Shown: positions 12,794 to 25,851, counted from the first letter of the whole stretch. The stretch: 63,042 nt of DNA, filler included, from Hyphochytrium catenoides (GCA_900088475.1; 8 parts of 8 records of this genome joined end to end with filler, not necessarily neighbours in it), one strand, 5' to 3'. A program made the numbers and translations. The notes: a model not told the origin generated them from the sequence alone.

Positions 12794-14059
12794 ATATCTC
12801 TCATATCTTCATGATCTGAGGCGACCTCTTCTCTCTCTGCCGCTCTCTTCTTGGTCAAGCTGTGTCCATTTTATTATTTTCAGCTCATCCTCGCAGAAGA
12901 CGAGGCATTGCAGTCTCCTCGCAACAGGTCCCAGTGTTTGCTCTCGGCAACGAGGCATTTTATCGCTCTGGTGAGTATTCTTCTGCACCGATGACCAGAG
13001 GTACCTCACCTCTTCCAAGACAGCTTTATCGCAATCTCTTCTCCTTGTCTTTTTATCACTCTGGTGAAGATGATTCTTCTGCACCGGTCAGAGGTAATCT
13101 CAACTCTACTACTCGGAAAGTTTATCTCAGTCCCTTCTTTCTGTCTTCTTCTTCCTCTTTGGTCGGCTTTTCTTTCTATACTTGCCCGTGATGATAAGCG
13201 TTCTTCCATAGAATCAGCCATCTTTCCTTGAACTCACGCAGCGACAGGTTTAATTGCGAGCAGAACAGGACGCAGTTCCACTTCTTCTTTATTTAGTGAA
13301 GTCCATACATTCCAACAAGGAAATGTAACATATTAAGAAACGTCCACGGTACAGTTTTTTCTGTTGATCTGGTGAGACGCCTCACCGATGTGTTCTCAGC
13401 GTCGGCGGTACTGTTGTTTCTGTTCGCGGCCACTCACCGATGTGTTCTTTCGCCGCCGTCTCCACAAGCAGTCACCTTCCACGAACTCGCCTATTCCAGC
13501 TGGTTCGCAGCTTCTGGAGAAGGTGGCGGCCAAGACGACGGAAGCGAAGAAGAAAGAGAAGAATTTTAGCCTTACCAGCATCTTCAGCCCGTCTTGGAGT
13601 GAGGGGGCAAGAAGGGTGACGGGGATTCGTGTACCCCTCTTAGTTAGAGCAGTCTTTTCGTTGCTCTCCAACAAATGGAAGGGAGAGGAGATGATAATCA
13701 CTTCCTTCTATTCCTTTCTAGGTTTGGGGGTGAGAGGACGCACCTCGTTTGCGGAGAGCACAATGAGACTTTAGTGGAGGACGGAAAGTCCTCTGTACCG
13801 GGCAGATCCTGATAGTACTACTATTATTGGCCACTGTTACCACTTTCTCGTCGTCGCTTCCAAAGAGGGAATCGACCGAGGAGAAACCAAAAAGAGGACA
13901 GGGCGAGAAACAGAGGAGGAACAGATAAGACAAACTCCAAAGTCGTCCCTTGTCACGATGGTAGCCTGCAAGAAGAGATACAGCAAATACAGCGTAAAAG
14001 AACGTTCGGAAGAAGAGACACAAGCGGGACCTCTATCTCTTTTTTTCCCTTTCTCTCCT

Positions 14060-16860
14060 GGTGATCATGTTACCCTCTTTTTTACCCTCTGTCCATAGTG
14101 ACCAGTCCAGATGCAGCTTCGCCGGCGGGCTCCCCTTTGTAACTGCTATAGTTCCATCATGCATGAAGGCAGCCTTTGCTTTTTTTATTCGGTGGACAGT
14201 AGGGGATTTTACCCGGGCCGGCCACTGTGCTGGAGCCTTTAGAAGAGGATAGTTCATGCTCCTCCGTCCTCTTCTCTCTCTTATCCGAGGACGTTTATAC
14301 CTCTCTTTATTTTTTGGTGACAGAGAAGAACTACGTCCAGAAAGATACATTTTTTTCTTTCTCTTGGTAGTATCTGAAGGGAAGAAGATAAAGATTGTCA
14401 CAGGCAGCACCGCAACGTCTCCGTTTATGCTTTTATTATTAGGTGATTAACTGAATCCTGTGTTAATACAGCTTCCTTTTACCCTTCATTTCCCTCATAC
14501 GTCTTCGCTGCACCTCTCTAGGCGCAATGTCTGTCTCTCTCTCTCTCCCTCCTCTCTTCTATGACGTCCTGTTCAGCGCTGGTGGTATCCGGAAAAAGGA
14601 GATTTGACACTTAGGAATGAAGCGAAGAAGAAGGGGCCCGGCTACCCACTATCGGAGCTCAATGCATCTGAAGAGAGAGGTGGTGGCTGAAGAGTTGAGG
14701 ACTGCCAAACTGATTCTTGACACTTCCCCCAAACGGAAAGCTTGCCCAATTTTCTTTGGAGAGGCCAAAAAAGTGCTCACCACCTGTCTATTATGCGAGC
14801 GCGTCAGTATAGATTCTCTTGGTCCATGGAGTTACGACTGTCGGCCCACAGGTCTCTGTCTTTCTGCCAACCTTTATACTTCGTCGTCCATTCTTTCTTC
14901 ACCTCCCCAGGAGAGAAGAACAACAGAAATCCCAGATCTATGTACATCACTATGATCACCCCTTTTATCATCATTATCGCCTTGCCTTTGGGCACCTCTT
15001 CTCCTAACCTAGCTGACTAGCCGATGGTGGGTCTTGGCCACGATGATGCACATACTACTAATAAGCCTCCACCACGACTTTGTATAGCTTTCACCCCATT
15101 TCCATTCTACCTTCTTCATTTCTTCATTGTCTCCCTGCTTCGGCGCTGTGAGTGAGGTGCTACTATGTTGTTTGAGGAGGATCTATCATTATTATCACGA
15201 GAAGGATACCTTCTATATTACCAGCTCATCGTTTATCTTGCTCGTATGGGCACTACATTTCTTCATTGTCTCCCTGCTTGGGCGCTGTGAGTAAGGTGCT
15301 AGAACTACTATGTTGTCTGAGGAGGATCACGAGAAGGATACCTTCTTATCATCAGCTCATCATTCACCGTGCTCGTATGGGTATGGGCACTACATTTCTT
15401 CATTGTTGTCTCCCTGCTTCGGCGCTGTGGGTGAGGTGCTAGAACTACTATGTTGTCTGAGGAGGATCATTATTATCACGAGAAGGAGAAATAGCAGAAG
15501 GGAGAATGTAAGCAAAGCTCGTGACTTCATAATAAGGATGTTGGCTGGGTGGGAGGAGACTCCTCCGCTGGCCGTCATGCCAAGGGTTATTACTTTATCT
15601 TGCGGGGTCACGGGAAGTAGAGTAGGGATCAAGAGAGGATTGGGATATGTACCACCATCAACGTATTGCATTACCATGCAGGAAGGAAGGGGAGAGAAAG
15701 AGGAGGGAAGATGAGTATCGCTGTAACCTTTTTTATAAAAAGTGACGCAACGGATGTTTTTCTGTTGTTCTCCTTCCTCCTGCTTCCCGCACTTTTTTCG
15801 ACACAAAAGGTATGCTGGCCCCTAATCGAGGGCAGTCTTAAGGGATTGTCCAGATTCCAATCAGCACTCGATCATGTGGGGCTCTCTGAAGCTGTTCACA
15901 CAGCTAAGTTTTGGGTTTGGAATGAAGCTTGGAGGTTCTAAAACGCAGATCGGAGTTCAATGTCTTGTTTTAGTATGAGAATTCCGAAAATACGGGAAAC
16001 TTTCGGTAAATGCGGGGATTGGGTTAGTATGATGACAAGTGCTTAGAGAACGTGTCACTGGCCCTTTCCAAGCTCATTGTTCTGCATCTCTGACTTCGAC
16101 CCTTGACCGCCGGTCTCTTCTCTGTTAAGCATTCCAGTGCCGTTATTTGGGAGAAGTCTCATTATCAGAGTCAATCAGGGGTACTGTATCCGACCTGCTT
16201 AGGCGGTCTTTATCTAAAATCATTTAAAGGTGTGGTCCAAGCTTTGGAGAGTTGACGTGGCAGGAAAGCAGCCTTTTTGTTTTTATTATAAAAAATAAAC
16301 TGATAATGATGAGCCACCATCTCGCCCCCCACCCGGTGTTCAAGCACTTTTAGAACTCCGACTTCTTTTATGGTGGACCCAAAGATTCCATTCTCTTCAT
16401 GGCCTGAAATGTTCAACTGGAGACATTGAGACACATCGCTTTTTATTTTTCAAAGTCGGGGTTTGAAAGAAAGAGAAGAAAAGGGCTATAGATCCAGTAG
16501 CGACCTCAGGTCTGCTGCTCTTGTACGTGCTCTCAGGCCACCCTCTGTCCCTTCTAACCAATCCTCTTCTATACCAACATCTTTGGGCTGAGATGCGACT
16601 GCTTGTCGGTCTCTCATCTGGCAACATCATTATCTCTCAGTCTGTGGGTTCCTGGGAGCCGAGCCTCCAACCCTTTGCAAGCAATGCAGCAGCAGAAGAC
16701 TCTTTCTTGAGAAGAAGGTCACGTCGGCACTGAAGAACCTGTCTAACCTGAGTAGTGGGCGACGAGTAAGCAAGCCATGCAAGAACCAATCCTCTATTGA
16801 TCCTTCCCATTCCTTTCCTCCTTTCTGCTGCGCAATGCTAGCTGATATTAAGGTTCCGGT
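14060..16860 (+). pseudogene. Decayed large ORF, possibly transposase-like (weak resemblance to DUF6589-type proteins)
   Basis: Protein-like fragments shared with copy 2 but broken by stops and frameshifts: VLE.LE.D.SCSSVL..LSEDV (HICPPCF in copy 2), GLSRFQSALDHVGLSEAVHTAK, LALSKLIVLHL. The family call is a guess. Confidence 0.3.
15117..15480 (+). repeat. Three imperfect tandem copies of a ~135-nt unit
   Basis: CATTTCTTCATTG...TCTCCCTGCTT.GGCGCTGTG.GT.AGGTGCT...GAGGAGGATC at ~15117, ~15256 and ~15393; single copy in the paralogous region (~21570). Confidence 0.85.
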
Positions 16861-16899
16861 TCATCATCATCCTCTGAATGAGTGGTGTCTCTTGGTGTT

Positions 16900-18290
16900 T
16901 CTGCTGCCTATAAAGGAGAGATATGGCCTCTTGCAGGCTGCAGGCGGGCTGGGGCGAGCAGAGCCTCGCGGTACAAAAGTAACCTTGAGATCTGCACCAC
17001 CACTATCTCGCTCCACGAGGCCAAAGAAGATTGCGAATAGCTTGAGTAAAAGGACGCCATGCTATGCACACGAGACGACTACAAGTACTGTTGTCGGACA
17101 AAATTTAGAATAGCTAGGAAGGAGTTTGGCGGAGGGAGGAGAGAATGGAGTTTGCTATGGACAAGCACCAAGGAGAAGAAGAATGGACAGGTAGAGGGAC
17201 CTAACAAGAAAGAAGTGATCCGACGGTAGCGCGTGCCGTGGCGCATGCGAGAAAACGATGGCCAGCAGCAGAGAGGAGATGGCGCTATATTTCCCTTCAT
17301 AGTGCTCTTCTTGCGTTAGGGCTGTGAAGCGGGTTCCGGCGTGGGTGTGTATCGGTTGGCCAGCAGATTCTCCTTCCTTCGTGCACCTTCTTCTCTTCTA
17401 ATGGTCTGAGTTAGACAAAGACGTCTGCCTGTGCGCTCTCAAGAGAAGGATGAGTGAGCTCCTCGACTCTGAATGGTACAGTAACTGTTCTGCGCCTGCC
17501 CGCCGCACCATTTGTGGTGGTGATGATGATGGCGGCCGTGAACTCTGACCTCGATCTTTAAGAAGAAGGACGGTTTACGATGGTCTTAGGTAATCTCCCG
17601 CGCTTTTTACTGGCATTCTGTGTCTGATGATACCGGCACAGGTAGTACCTGATATTAGATCTTCTCCTCTTCCTCCTTCTCCTTTCGGTCATTTCTTTTC
17701 TCTCGCTCTGTGTATGCCCACCCTCATCATGTTTTCTAGCAGAGCAGAGAGGAGAGACTCCTCCCATTTTGCTCTTTGACGTATATAATATAATAATCCT
17801 TATGTCTATTAAGCAATTAGTAGCACCAAGAATTATACCCTGTGACAAGTTAACCTGCTGCTTGCAGACGAAGAAGGATGTCCTTTGTCTTCTTCCATCT
17901 GCGCATTACAGGGTGAGAATAGTCTTCTGCTGGTCCTCTCCCCTTCTCTACCTCTCGCCCTGTTGGTTTCGAGAAAGTCCCACTGTCAGTTAGTATCACA
18001 CCCGACCCGCAAATCCAGCTCATGCTCCGGCAAGAAGAAGGGCTGGGAGAGGATCTGCCTTGATGGTGAGGCAACGAGAGACAACAATGCTGCACCAACT
18101 TTCACTGCTAACTGTGGTGTTGCTCTCGCCGCCGCCTGTCACCGCATCCATGATATCTTGTTGATCATAGTAGAGGACGAGCTCATTTTATTCCTTTCCT
18201 GGAAGGGCACAAACGTCTTCTCTGGCCGCCGCCGCCGCCGCAGGAACCCAATATACATTACCTGTTAAGTAACAGGTGTTAGCCATTGGT
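16900..18290 (-). pseudogene. Decayed MULE/Mutator-like transposase relic (copy 1)
   Basis: Order of fragments fits the MULE DDE core: ILTDSGTF, then YYLCRYHQTQNASKK (CxxH motif), then a W-containing segment. Multiple stops and frameshifts. Confidence 0.45.
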
Positions 18291-18424
18291 AGCCAAAAAT
18301 CTCGTCAGGACACGAGCAGAGCCAAAGGCCAACTCGAGACGAGACCTCAATTCTCTCGTCACATCCTTCAGCACTACCTCACATCGCACTAGCGCAAGAG
18401 CAGCGACAACTAGGAGGGAGAAGG

Positions 18425-19844
18425 ATGATGGAGACATCCAATTCTGCCTGGGCTCTTTCCTCCTTTCCTCTTTCTAGTTCTTTGAGAAAAAAGAGGCACC
18501 TCGTCGATAACGGGAGCTGCTCCAGCAGCGGCAGCAATGATGATCAGCCAGAGACAGAGGAGGAAGAAATCAAGAGGCAGAAGCGTTACTTGCATAATGA
18601 CAGAGAACGCAGGAGGATTAAGGACATCCAAGCGGCCTTCAGCGGTCTGAGAACAATGCTAGAAGAATTGGGTTATGGCTATCACCGTAGCCAGCTCTCT
18701 ATTCTCAGAAAAACAATGGAGATGGTGGAAGAGATGAGAGATTCTATAAAACGTGACCCTCAACGAACAGGACTCTCTCCTCTCCAGGGCCCAGAAGCCA
18801 GACAGCCAACTCCGGAGAAGGGAGTGGTGAAAGAAGAAGACAAGAGGACCCAACAAGCATACGCCTCGGAGACTTCGTCCCTCCTGCAGCCAAGAAGAAC
18901 CAAGCTACAGAAGATGAACGAGAGTATCGGTAAGGCCCTATGTTCTTCTTCTTTATCCACCCTCCCTTCCCGTGCTAAGTAATCTACTCTTCTGGCCAAT
19001 AGATGGACCCATGGTCCAGAAGGCAGTAGTAGGTGACTGTAGAGATGAGGTTTCCATGTTTCCCGTTCTTCGCACAGAAGAAGAGAGTGAGAAGGGTCCC
19101 GTTATTATCCCTGGAGCTGCCTCTCCTTTAACCTGCACCAGGCAGCAGAAGTTAGCTATCCTGTCCCCTAATCATGGGAGACAGATCCCTTCCTTCCTTG
19201 ACATAGCTCAAACCCCTTCCAAGCAAGAAGAAGGGAACGTTCGATCTTCTAGTCAGGCTGGCCTACTAGGTAGTATCGTTATCAGCCCACCAGAAGACAG
19301 CCAATTGGCCAAGCACAAGCAGAAAGAACAAGAAGTAAGGAGAGGAGAAGGTACAGAGGGTTCTTCAACCTCGTCATCCCTTACTACTATCCCAAGCCAA
19401 GAAAAAGAGGTCCAACAAGGAGAAAGAGAAGGAGGACTGGGGGAACAAGAAGAGAAGCAGCAGTTAGCGCTTTCTCTTCTTCTCTCATCCGCTGATCCGG
19501 CCTACTCCCTCACTAACTCTTTGTCGGAGCTGGTCAGTCTGGCAGCAGCTTCTCCAGGATTTGCTCCTCCGCCTGCTTTTATGGCTCCACCAGGAGGTGT
19601 CCTTCATGAAGGATTACCGCTGACCAGCGAGACGGCAGGGTTTATGCTTCCCAGTCAGGGCGCTGTTGTCCTAAAAGCAGCAGAAGAGGCCACGCTTTTC
19701 TCATTCTCTGCTGCCTCTCCTTCTTACCGGGGGATGGAACTAGACTCAAGAGCTCTTCTATGGGGATCATCATGTCTGTTCTTAGCTGGAGCGGGGAATG
19801 TCACCGGCAACGACGCCCTGTTATCTCCCTTCGCGCAGCTTTGA
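18425..19844 (+). CDS. bHLH transcription factor, two exons (18425-18929, 19003-19844)
   Basis: KRQKRYLHNDRERRRIKDIQAAFSGLRTMLEELGYGYHRSQLSILRKTMEMVEEM is a basic-helix-loop-helix. Intron 18930-19002 (GTAAGG...AATAG) joins the two supplied ORFs in frame (ESI-D-GPM). The tail is S/P/Q/E-rich. Confidence 0.85.
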
Positions 19845-22422
19845 GCACTAACGAGAAAAGTAGTAGGAGAGGTTGATAGGGAAGGTCGTCGGTCCTCCTT
19901 CTAAATGTCTGTGCACCTAGAAAGAACTGTCTGTGCACCTAGAAAGAACTGTCTTTCCTCTGTTAAGAATGCCCGTTGCATTCTTCTCCTCGCTTCACGG
20001 TAATGTGTCTCTTCTTTCCTCTGTTCCCTGTGTACGATGGTGGATGTTTTCATTCATTCTCCATTCTTCACCTCTCTTTGGTAGTAGTATATTATAAGCA
20101 AGGCCACTGTTACCACCGTCTCCTCGTCGCTTCAAAAGAGGGAATAGGCCGAGGGGAGCCAAACAGAGGATAGGGCGAGAAACGGAGGAGCTACAGGTTG
20201 ACAACTCCAAAATCGTCCCTTGCTACGATGGCAAGCCAGCAAGGACATACAGCAAATACAGCGAAGATGGACGTTCGGAAGAAGAGACACAGGCGGGACC
20301 TCTTCCTCTTGTTTTCCCTTTCTCTCCTGGTTGGTGACCGCGTTACTCTCTTTTTAACCCTCTGTCCATAGCAGCCAGTCTAGTGCAGCTTCGACGGCGG
20401 GCTCCCCTTGCTAAGTGCTCTAATAATGCCATCATGCATGAAGGCGCCTTTGCTTTTTTTTCGGTGGCCAGTAGGGGTTTTACCCTTGCCGGCCAATGTG
20501 CTGGAGGCTTTAGAGAAGGACACTTCATGCTCCTCCGTTCTCCCCTTCCCCTTATCCGAGGACGTTCATATTTGCCCCCCTTGTTTTGATTTGACGGAGA
20601 AGAACTACGTCCAGAAAGATACACTTTTCGTGTCTCTCGGTAGTTTCTGATGCAAAGAAGATAAAAAAGTTGTCACAGGCAACACCACAACGCCTCCGTT
20701 TATGCTTTTTATTATTATAGGTGACTAACTAAATCCTGTGCTGATACAGCTGTTGATACAACTCCCTTTGCCCTTCATTTCCCTTATATGCCGTCTCCGC
20801 AGCTCTCTGACCCAATGTCTGTCTCTCTGTCTCTCACCCTGCTCTCTCTCTCCCCTCTCTTACGTTTGTGTGGTTCTGGTTCTTTCTTCCGTTTTTGCCT
20901 GGAATTAGAGAGCAGCGTTCCTTTGCGGTGGGGCTTAACAGAGGTCATAGGTTAAAGGAGAGGGGAAGGCTAGCAGTGTCAACGGGTTGCAACTTCTCTT
21001 TCTCCCTCCTTATATCTTCGTTCAGCGCTGGTATGCGGAAAAAAGAGATTTGACACTTTAGGTAATGAAGAAGGGGGGGATTAAGATCGCAAGGTATGCG
21101 GTTGAGGGTGGGCCTGGCCACCCACTATCGGAGTTCCCCATCTGGAGAGAGAGGAGGTGGGTGGCTGAAGACTGAGGGCTGCCAAACTGATTCTTGACAC
21201 TTCTTCCCAACACAAAGCTTGCCCATTCTTTTCCAAGAGGCCAAAAAAAAAAGTGCTCACCGCTCATTATTATGCGAGCGCGTCAGCACTGATTCTCTTC
21301 GTCCGTGGAGTTACGACTGTCCAGGCCTCTCTGTCTTTCTGCCAATCTTTATTCTTCTTCATCCAATCTTTCTTCACCTCCCAGGAGAGAAGAACAACAG
21401 AACTCCCAGATCCCTGTACTCACTATGATCTCCCCTTTTATCATCATTATCACCTTGTTGTGCTTTTGGTGGGCACCTCTTCTCCTATAACATAACCTAG
21501 CTGACTAGCCGATGGTAGTTCCATTCTACCTTCCGATTACCAGCTCATCACCTTGCTTCTATGGACAAAATTTCTTCATTGTCTCCTGGCCACGGCGCTG
21601 TAAGTGAGGTCTTATGTGGTCTGAGGAGATCAATATCACAAGAGGAGGAGGGCTAACAAAGGAAATTGTATCAGCCTCGTGACCTTAAACGAACATTAGC
21701 TGGGTGGTGGAGAGCGGCCGCTGGTCGTCATGCCGGGGGTTATTACTTTTATCTTGCGGCTCACGGGAAGTAGAGTAAGGGATCCAGAGAGGAATGTGCA
21801 GTACCATCATCAAACATATTGCATTACCATGCGGCCAGGAAGGGGAGAGAGGAGGGAAGATGTGTAACCTGGTGACGCAACGGATGTTTTCCTGTTGTTC
21901 TCCTTCCTCCTGCTTCCCGTACTTTCGACACAAAAGGTATGCTGGCCCCTAACTGAGGGCAGTCTAAGGGATTGCCCAGATGCCATGGAGCACTCGGTCA
22001 TGAAGGCTCTTGGAAGCTGTTCACACAGCTAAATTTTGGCTTTGGAAAGAAGCTTAGTGGTTCTAAAACGCAGATCGGAGTTCAATGTGTTATTTTAGTG
22101 TAAGATTCTCGAAAATACGGGGAACTTTCGGTAGATGCGGGGACTGGGTTAGCATGATGACAAGTGCTTTGATTAGGGAACATGTTGTTGTTGGTTACAT
22201 GGCTTGCTTACTCGTCGTTCACTACTCAGGTTAAGTTCCTCAGTGCCGACGTGACCTTCTTCTCAAGACAAAAGAAGAGTCTTCTGCTGCATTGCTTTCA
22301 AAGGGTTGGAGGCTCAGGCTTCAAGGAACCCACGGACTGTGAGAAATGATGTTGCCAGATGAGAGACCGACAGGCAGTCGCATCTCAGGCTGGTGGTGGT
22401 GGTGGACGAAAGATGTTGGTAG

Positions 22423-22488
22423 AGGAAGCGGATTGGTTAAAGGAAAAGGAAGCGGATTGGTTAAAGGAAAAGGAAGCGGATTGGTTAA
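22423..22488 (+). repeat. 24-nt minisatellite, ~2.7 copies
   Basis: AGGAAGCGGATTGGTTAAAGGAAA repeated; single diverged copy in the paralogous segment. Confidence 0.9.
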
Positions 22489-23139
22489 ACAACAGAGGGT
22501 TCCCACTTGTGGCCTAATGAGAGCACGTACAAGAGCAGCAAACCCAAGGTCGCTACTGGATCTATTCCCCTTTTCTTCTCTTTTCTTCCTGTCTGTGAGA
22601 AATAAAAGGCAAAAGACTATATACTTGTGTCTCCATGTCTCCGGTTGAAAGTTACACTATGAAGAGAATGGAATCTTTGGGTCCACCATAAATGAAGTAG
22701 GAGTCTAAAAGTGTGCTTGANNNNNNNNNNNNNNNNNNNNNNNNNNNNNNNNNTGGCTCACTATATAAGAGAACGTGTCACATACACTGGCCCTTTCCAA
22801 GCTCATCGTTCTGCATCTCCGACTTCGACCCCGGTCTTCTACAGTAGATGTCTTAAAAAGCATTCCAGTGCCCGTATTTGGGACAAGTCTCACTTATCAA
22901 AGCCAATCAGGGTATCCGACCTGCTTAGGCGGTCTTATCCAAAATCAGCTAAGTTGGTGGTTTAAGGTTTATTTAGAGTTGACGGAGCAAGAGCGCAGCC
23001 TTTTTGTTCAAGCTTATAAAAAGGGAGGAACCAATCCTTTATTGATTGATTCTTCCCATTCTTTTCTTCGTTTCCTCGTGTCTCCAGCCGTCCAGTGATT
23101 CTGCTTGCTGCTTATAGGCCTCTGGCCGTCCGATTGGTA

Positions 23140-24435
23140 AGAAGCAGAGCCTCGCGGTACAAAAGTAACCTTCCTGAGATCTGCACCACCACTATCTCGC
23201 CCCACGAAGTCCGTCAAAGAAGATTGCGAATAGTTTGAAAAGAACGACGCCATGCTATGCACACGAGACGACAATGGGACGGAGTTTGGAGGAGGGAGAG
23301 AATGGAGTTTGCTATGGAGAAGCCCCAAGGGGGTGACTGGCCAGGTAGAGGGACCCAATAAGAAAGAAGTGATCCGATGGTAGCGCGTGCCGTTGCGCAT
23401 GCGAGAAAACGATGGCCAGCATCAGACAGGAGATGGTGCTGATAGTGCTCCTCTTGCATTAGGCCTATGAAGCGGGTTTTGTTGTGGGTGTGTATCGTTC
23501 GGCCAGCAGATTCTCCTTCCTTCGTGCACCTTCGTCTCTTCTACTGGTCTGAGTTAGACAAAGACGTCTGCCTCTGCACTCTCAAGCGAAGGATGAGTGA
23601 GCTCCTCGACTCTGAATGGTACAGTAACTGTTCTGCGCCTGCCCGCCGCTCCATTTGTGTTGGTGATGATGATGGCGGCCGTGAACTCTGACCTCGATCT
23701 TTAACAAGAAGGACCGTTTACAATGGTCTTAGGTAACCTCCCGCGCTTTTTACTGGCATTCTGTGTCTGATGATTCCGGCGCAGGTAGTACCTGATACTA
23801 GATCTTTCTCCTCCTCGCCCTGCTCTTCTTCCTCCTCCTCCTTTTGATCGGTTCTCTTCTCTCGCTCTGTTCCTCTGTCACACCCTCATCATGTTCTTTA
23901 GAAGATCAGAGAAAGGGAGGGACTCCCCCGTCTTAGTTATTTCACGTAAAGCATTCCTTATATTATCTAGAGCAATTAGCTTATCATTTAGCACCAAGAA
24001 GGACACCTTGTGACAAGTTAAAGCTGCTGCTTCAGACGAAGAAGGATGTCCTTTGTCTTCTTCCATCTGCTCAGCAAGAAGAGTCTTCTGCTGGTCCTCT
24101 CACCTTCTCAATCTGCCGTCCTGTTGGTTGCGATAAAGTTCCACTCTCAGCCCGCAATTCAAGCTGGTGCCCGAAAAGAAGAAGGGCTGAGAGAGGGTCT
24201 GCCTTGATACTGGTGGGGCCACGAGAGACAACGCACATGATGCACCGGCCTCTATTGAACTACCTGTGGTGTTGCTCTCGCCGCCACTTGTCACCACATC
24301 CATGATATCTTGTTGATCATAGTAGAGGACGAACTCATTGTATTCCTTTCCTGGAAGGGCACAAACGTCTTCTCTGGCCGCCGCCGCCGCTGGAACTCGT
24401 ACATTACCTGTTAAGTAACATGTGTTAGCCATCGG
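23140..24435 (-). pseudogene. Decayed MULE/Mutator-like transposase relic (copy 2)
   Basis: FLVLNDKLIALDNIRNALREI (resembles the TD..AL.NA second-Asp region), YYLRRNHQTQNASKK (Cys lost), LLSYWVPLPGQSPPW. Broken frames. Confidence 0.45.
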
Positions 24436-24491
24436 TAGCCAAAACCCTCGTCAGGACACGAGCAGAGCCAAAGGCCAACTCGAGACGAGAC

Positions 24492-24591
24492 NNNNNNNNN
24501 NNNNNNNNNNNNNNNNNNNNNNNNNNNNNNNNNNNTTAATTAATTAANNNNNNNNNNNNNNNNNNNNNNNNNNNNNNNNNNNNNNNNNNNN
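24492..24591. other. Artificial contig spacer
   Basis: N-run plus TTAATTAATTAA plus N-run. Confidence 0.95.
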
Positions 24592-25851
24592 TGGATATCT
24601 GGTCCAAAGTCAATGTTGCACATCACGCTTCCTACCGCCAACACCACAGTTAACGCCACCGGCAATAATAATGCGGGGAACTGGCCCAGTATGTCCTACC
24701 CCGTCCTTCGTGTCACAAGGATATTCGTCCAATATGTGCTCTCAAAGCGTTAAAAATCCTAAATTTCTAAAAACCTCCTATTGTATTCCTTTTCCCTTTT
24801 CAATGCTAAAAAGGGAGAAGAAGCCTTTGTTTACTTATTATTTTTTAAGCTACTACTACGACTAACCAAGAAGAAGTTTATGCAGTTTAGTCGAGGAAAC
24901 GACCCAAGTTCTACTTTTTGCAGAATTTTTTAAATGCTGATAACATTAGATGACAGGTGACCCTTCACCTCAGGTGCCTAAATACTTCCTGAATGAACAG
25001 AACCATGGCAAGGGACGATCAACAAATGACTGTTTCCTTGTGAATCAAGACTCAAGATACTTTTGGATGCTCTACTACTGTAGCATCAGCATGGACGCCT
25101 TACCGCCACCTATAACGTCATCATAGCAATGAAGCAACGGAAAACCATCATCGCTGAGCAAACAGCCACAAAGAGTTGATAGGATAACCGACGAGCTAAT
25201 GAGCCTACGATCGCGTGGGACAAGACCAATCGCCGCTCTGTGGAGAGAGTAGGTAGAAGAACGCCTAGGATTGTCTTCAGTGATGGTGTTTTACACTTGG
25301 CAAATGAGGTGCTAGGGTCGATGCTCCGTCACAGCCAACGTTGATGAGAGAACAGACGAGTCCCAGATAGGGCGGTGCTCCGAGTCTAAAGCTAAGTAGG
25401 AAGTCGGTCTTGATGCGCTTTCTCTTAGCTGTGTCTCAAGTAGGGCCAGTCTGGCTTTGTCTCAAAGCAAGTACAAGGTGAGGTGGCCGTTGCACTATGG
25501 ATAAAGCTAATCCATAAGTGTGAGTCCATCTAAAGACCATCACAACCGGACGCTATCGCGGAACATTGTCGGGACAGGATCAGTTAGGCAGTGTGATGCA
25601 TTTGGTTAAGAGCTGATCTGTTGGAGCTAATATGCCAGGTTAATCTTCAGCCATTAATTAACTCCAAGTAGTCCGCCAAACAAGAAGGATTGCGTAATAG
25701 GTGTTAAAATTCCAAACCGCCACCTGCATCTGGAATTCTTGGCGACAAAGCCGTTGGACATACTTCTTACGTTACTCCATCACCTCAGGAAAGGACTACA
25801 AAGAGCCTGAAGCCCGCCAGGCGGACGGCGTGAGAAACCATTAACTCTTCT

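Larger units (their letters stand above)
13810..18345. repeat. Copy 1 of a degenerate direct segmental repeat
   Basis: Collinear with 20080-24491, e.g. GGCCACTGTTACCAC at ~13829 and ~20102, and CTCGTCAGGACACGAGCAGAGCCAAAGGCCAACTCGAGACGAGAC ending at 18345 and 24491. Confidence 0.92.
20080..24491. repeat. Copy 2 of the degenerate direct segmental repeat (runs to contig end)
   Basis: Collinear with 13810-18345 at an offset of ~6.15-6.27 kb. Confidence 0.92.
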
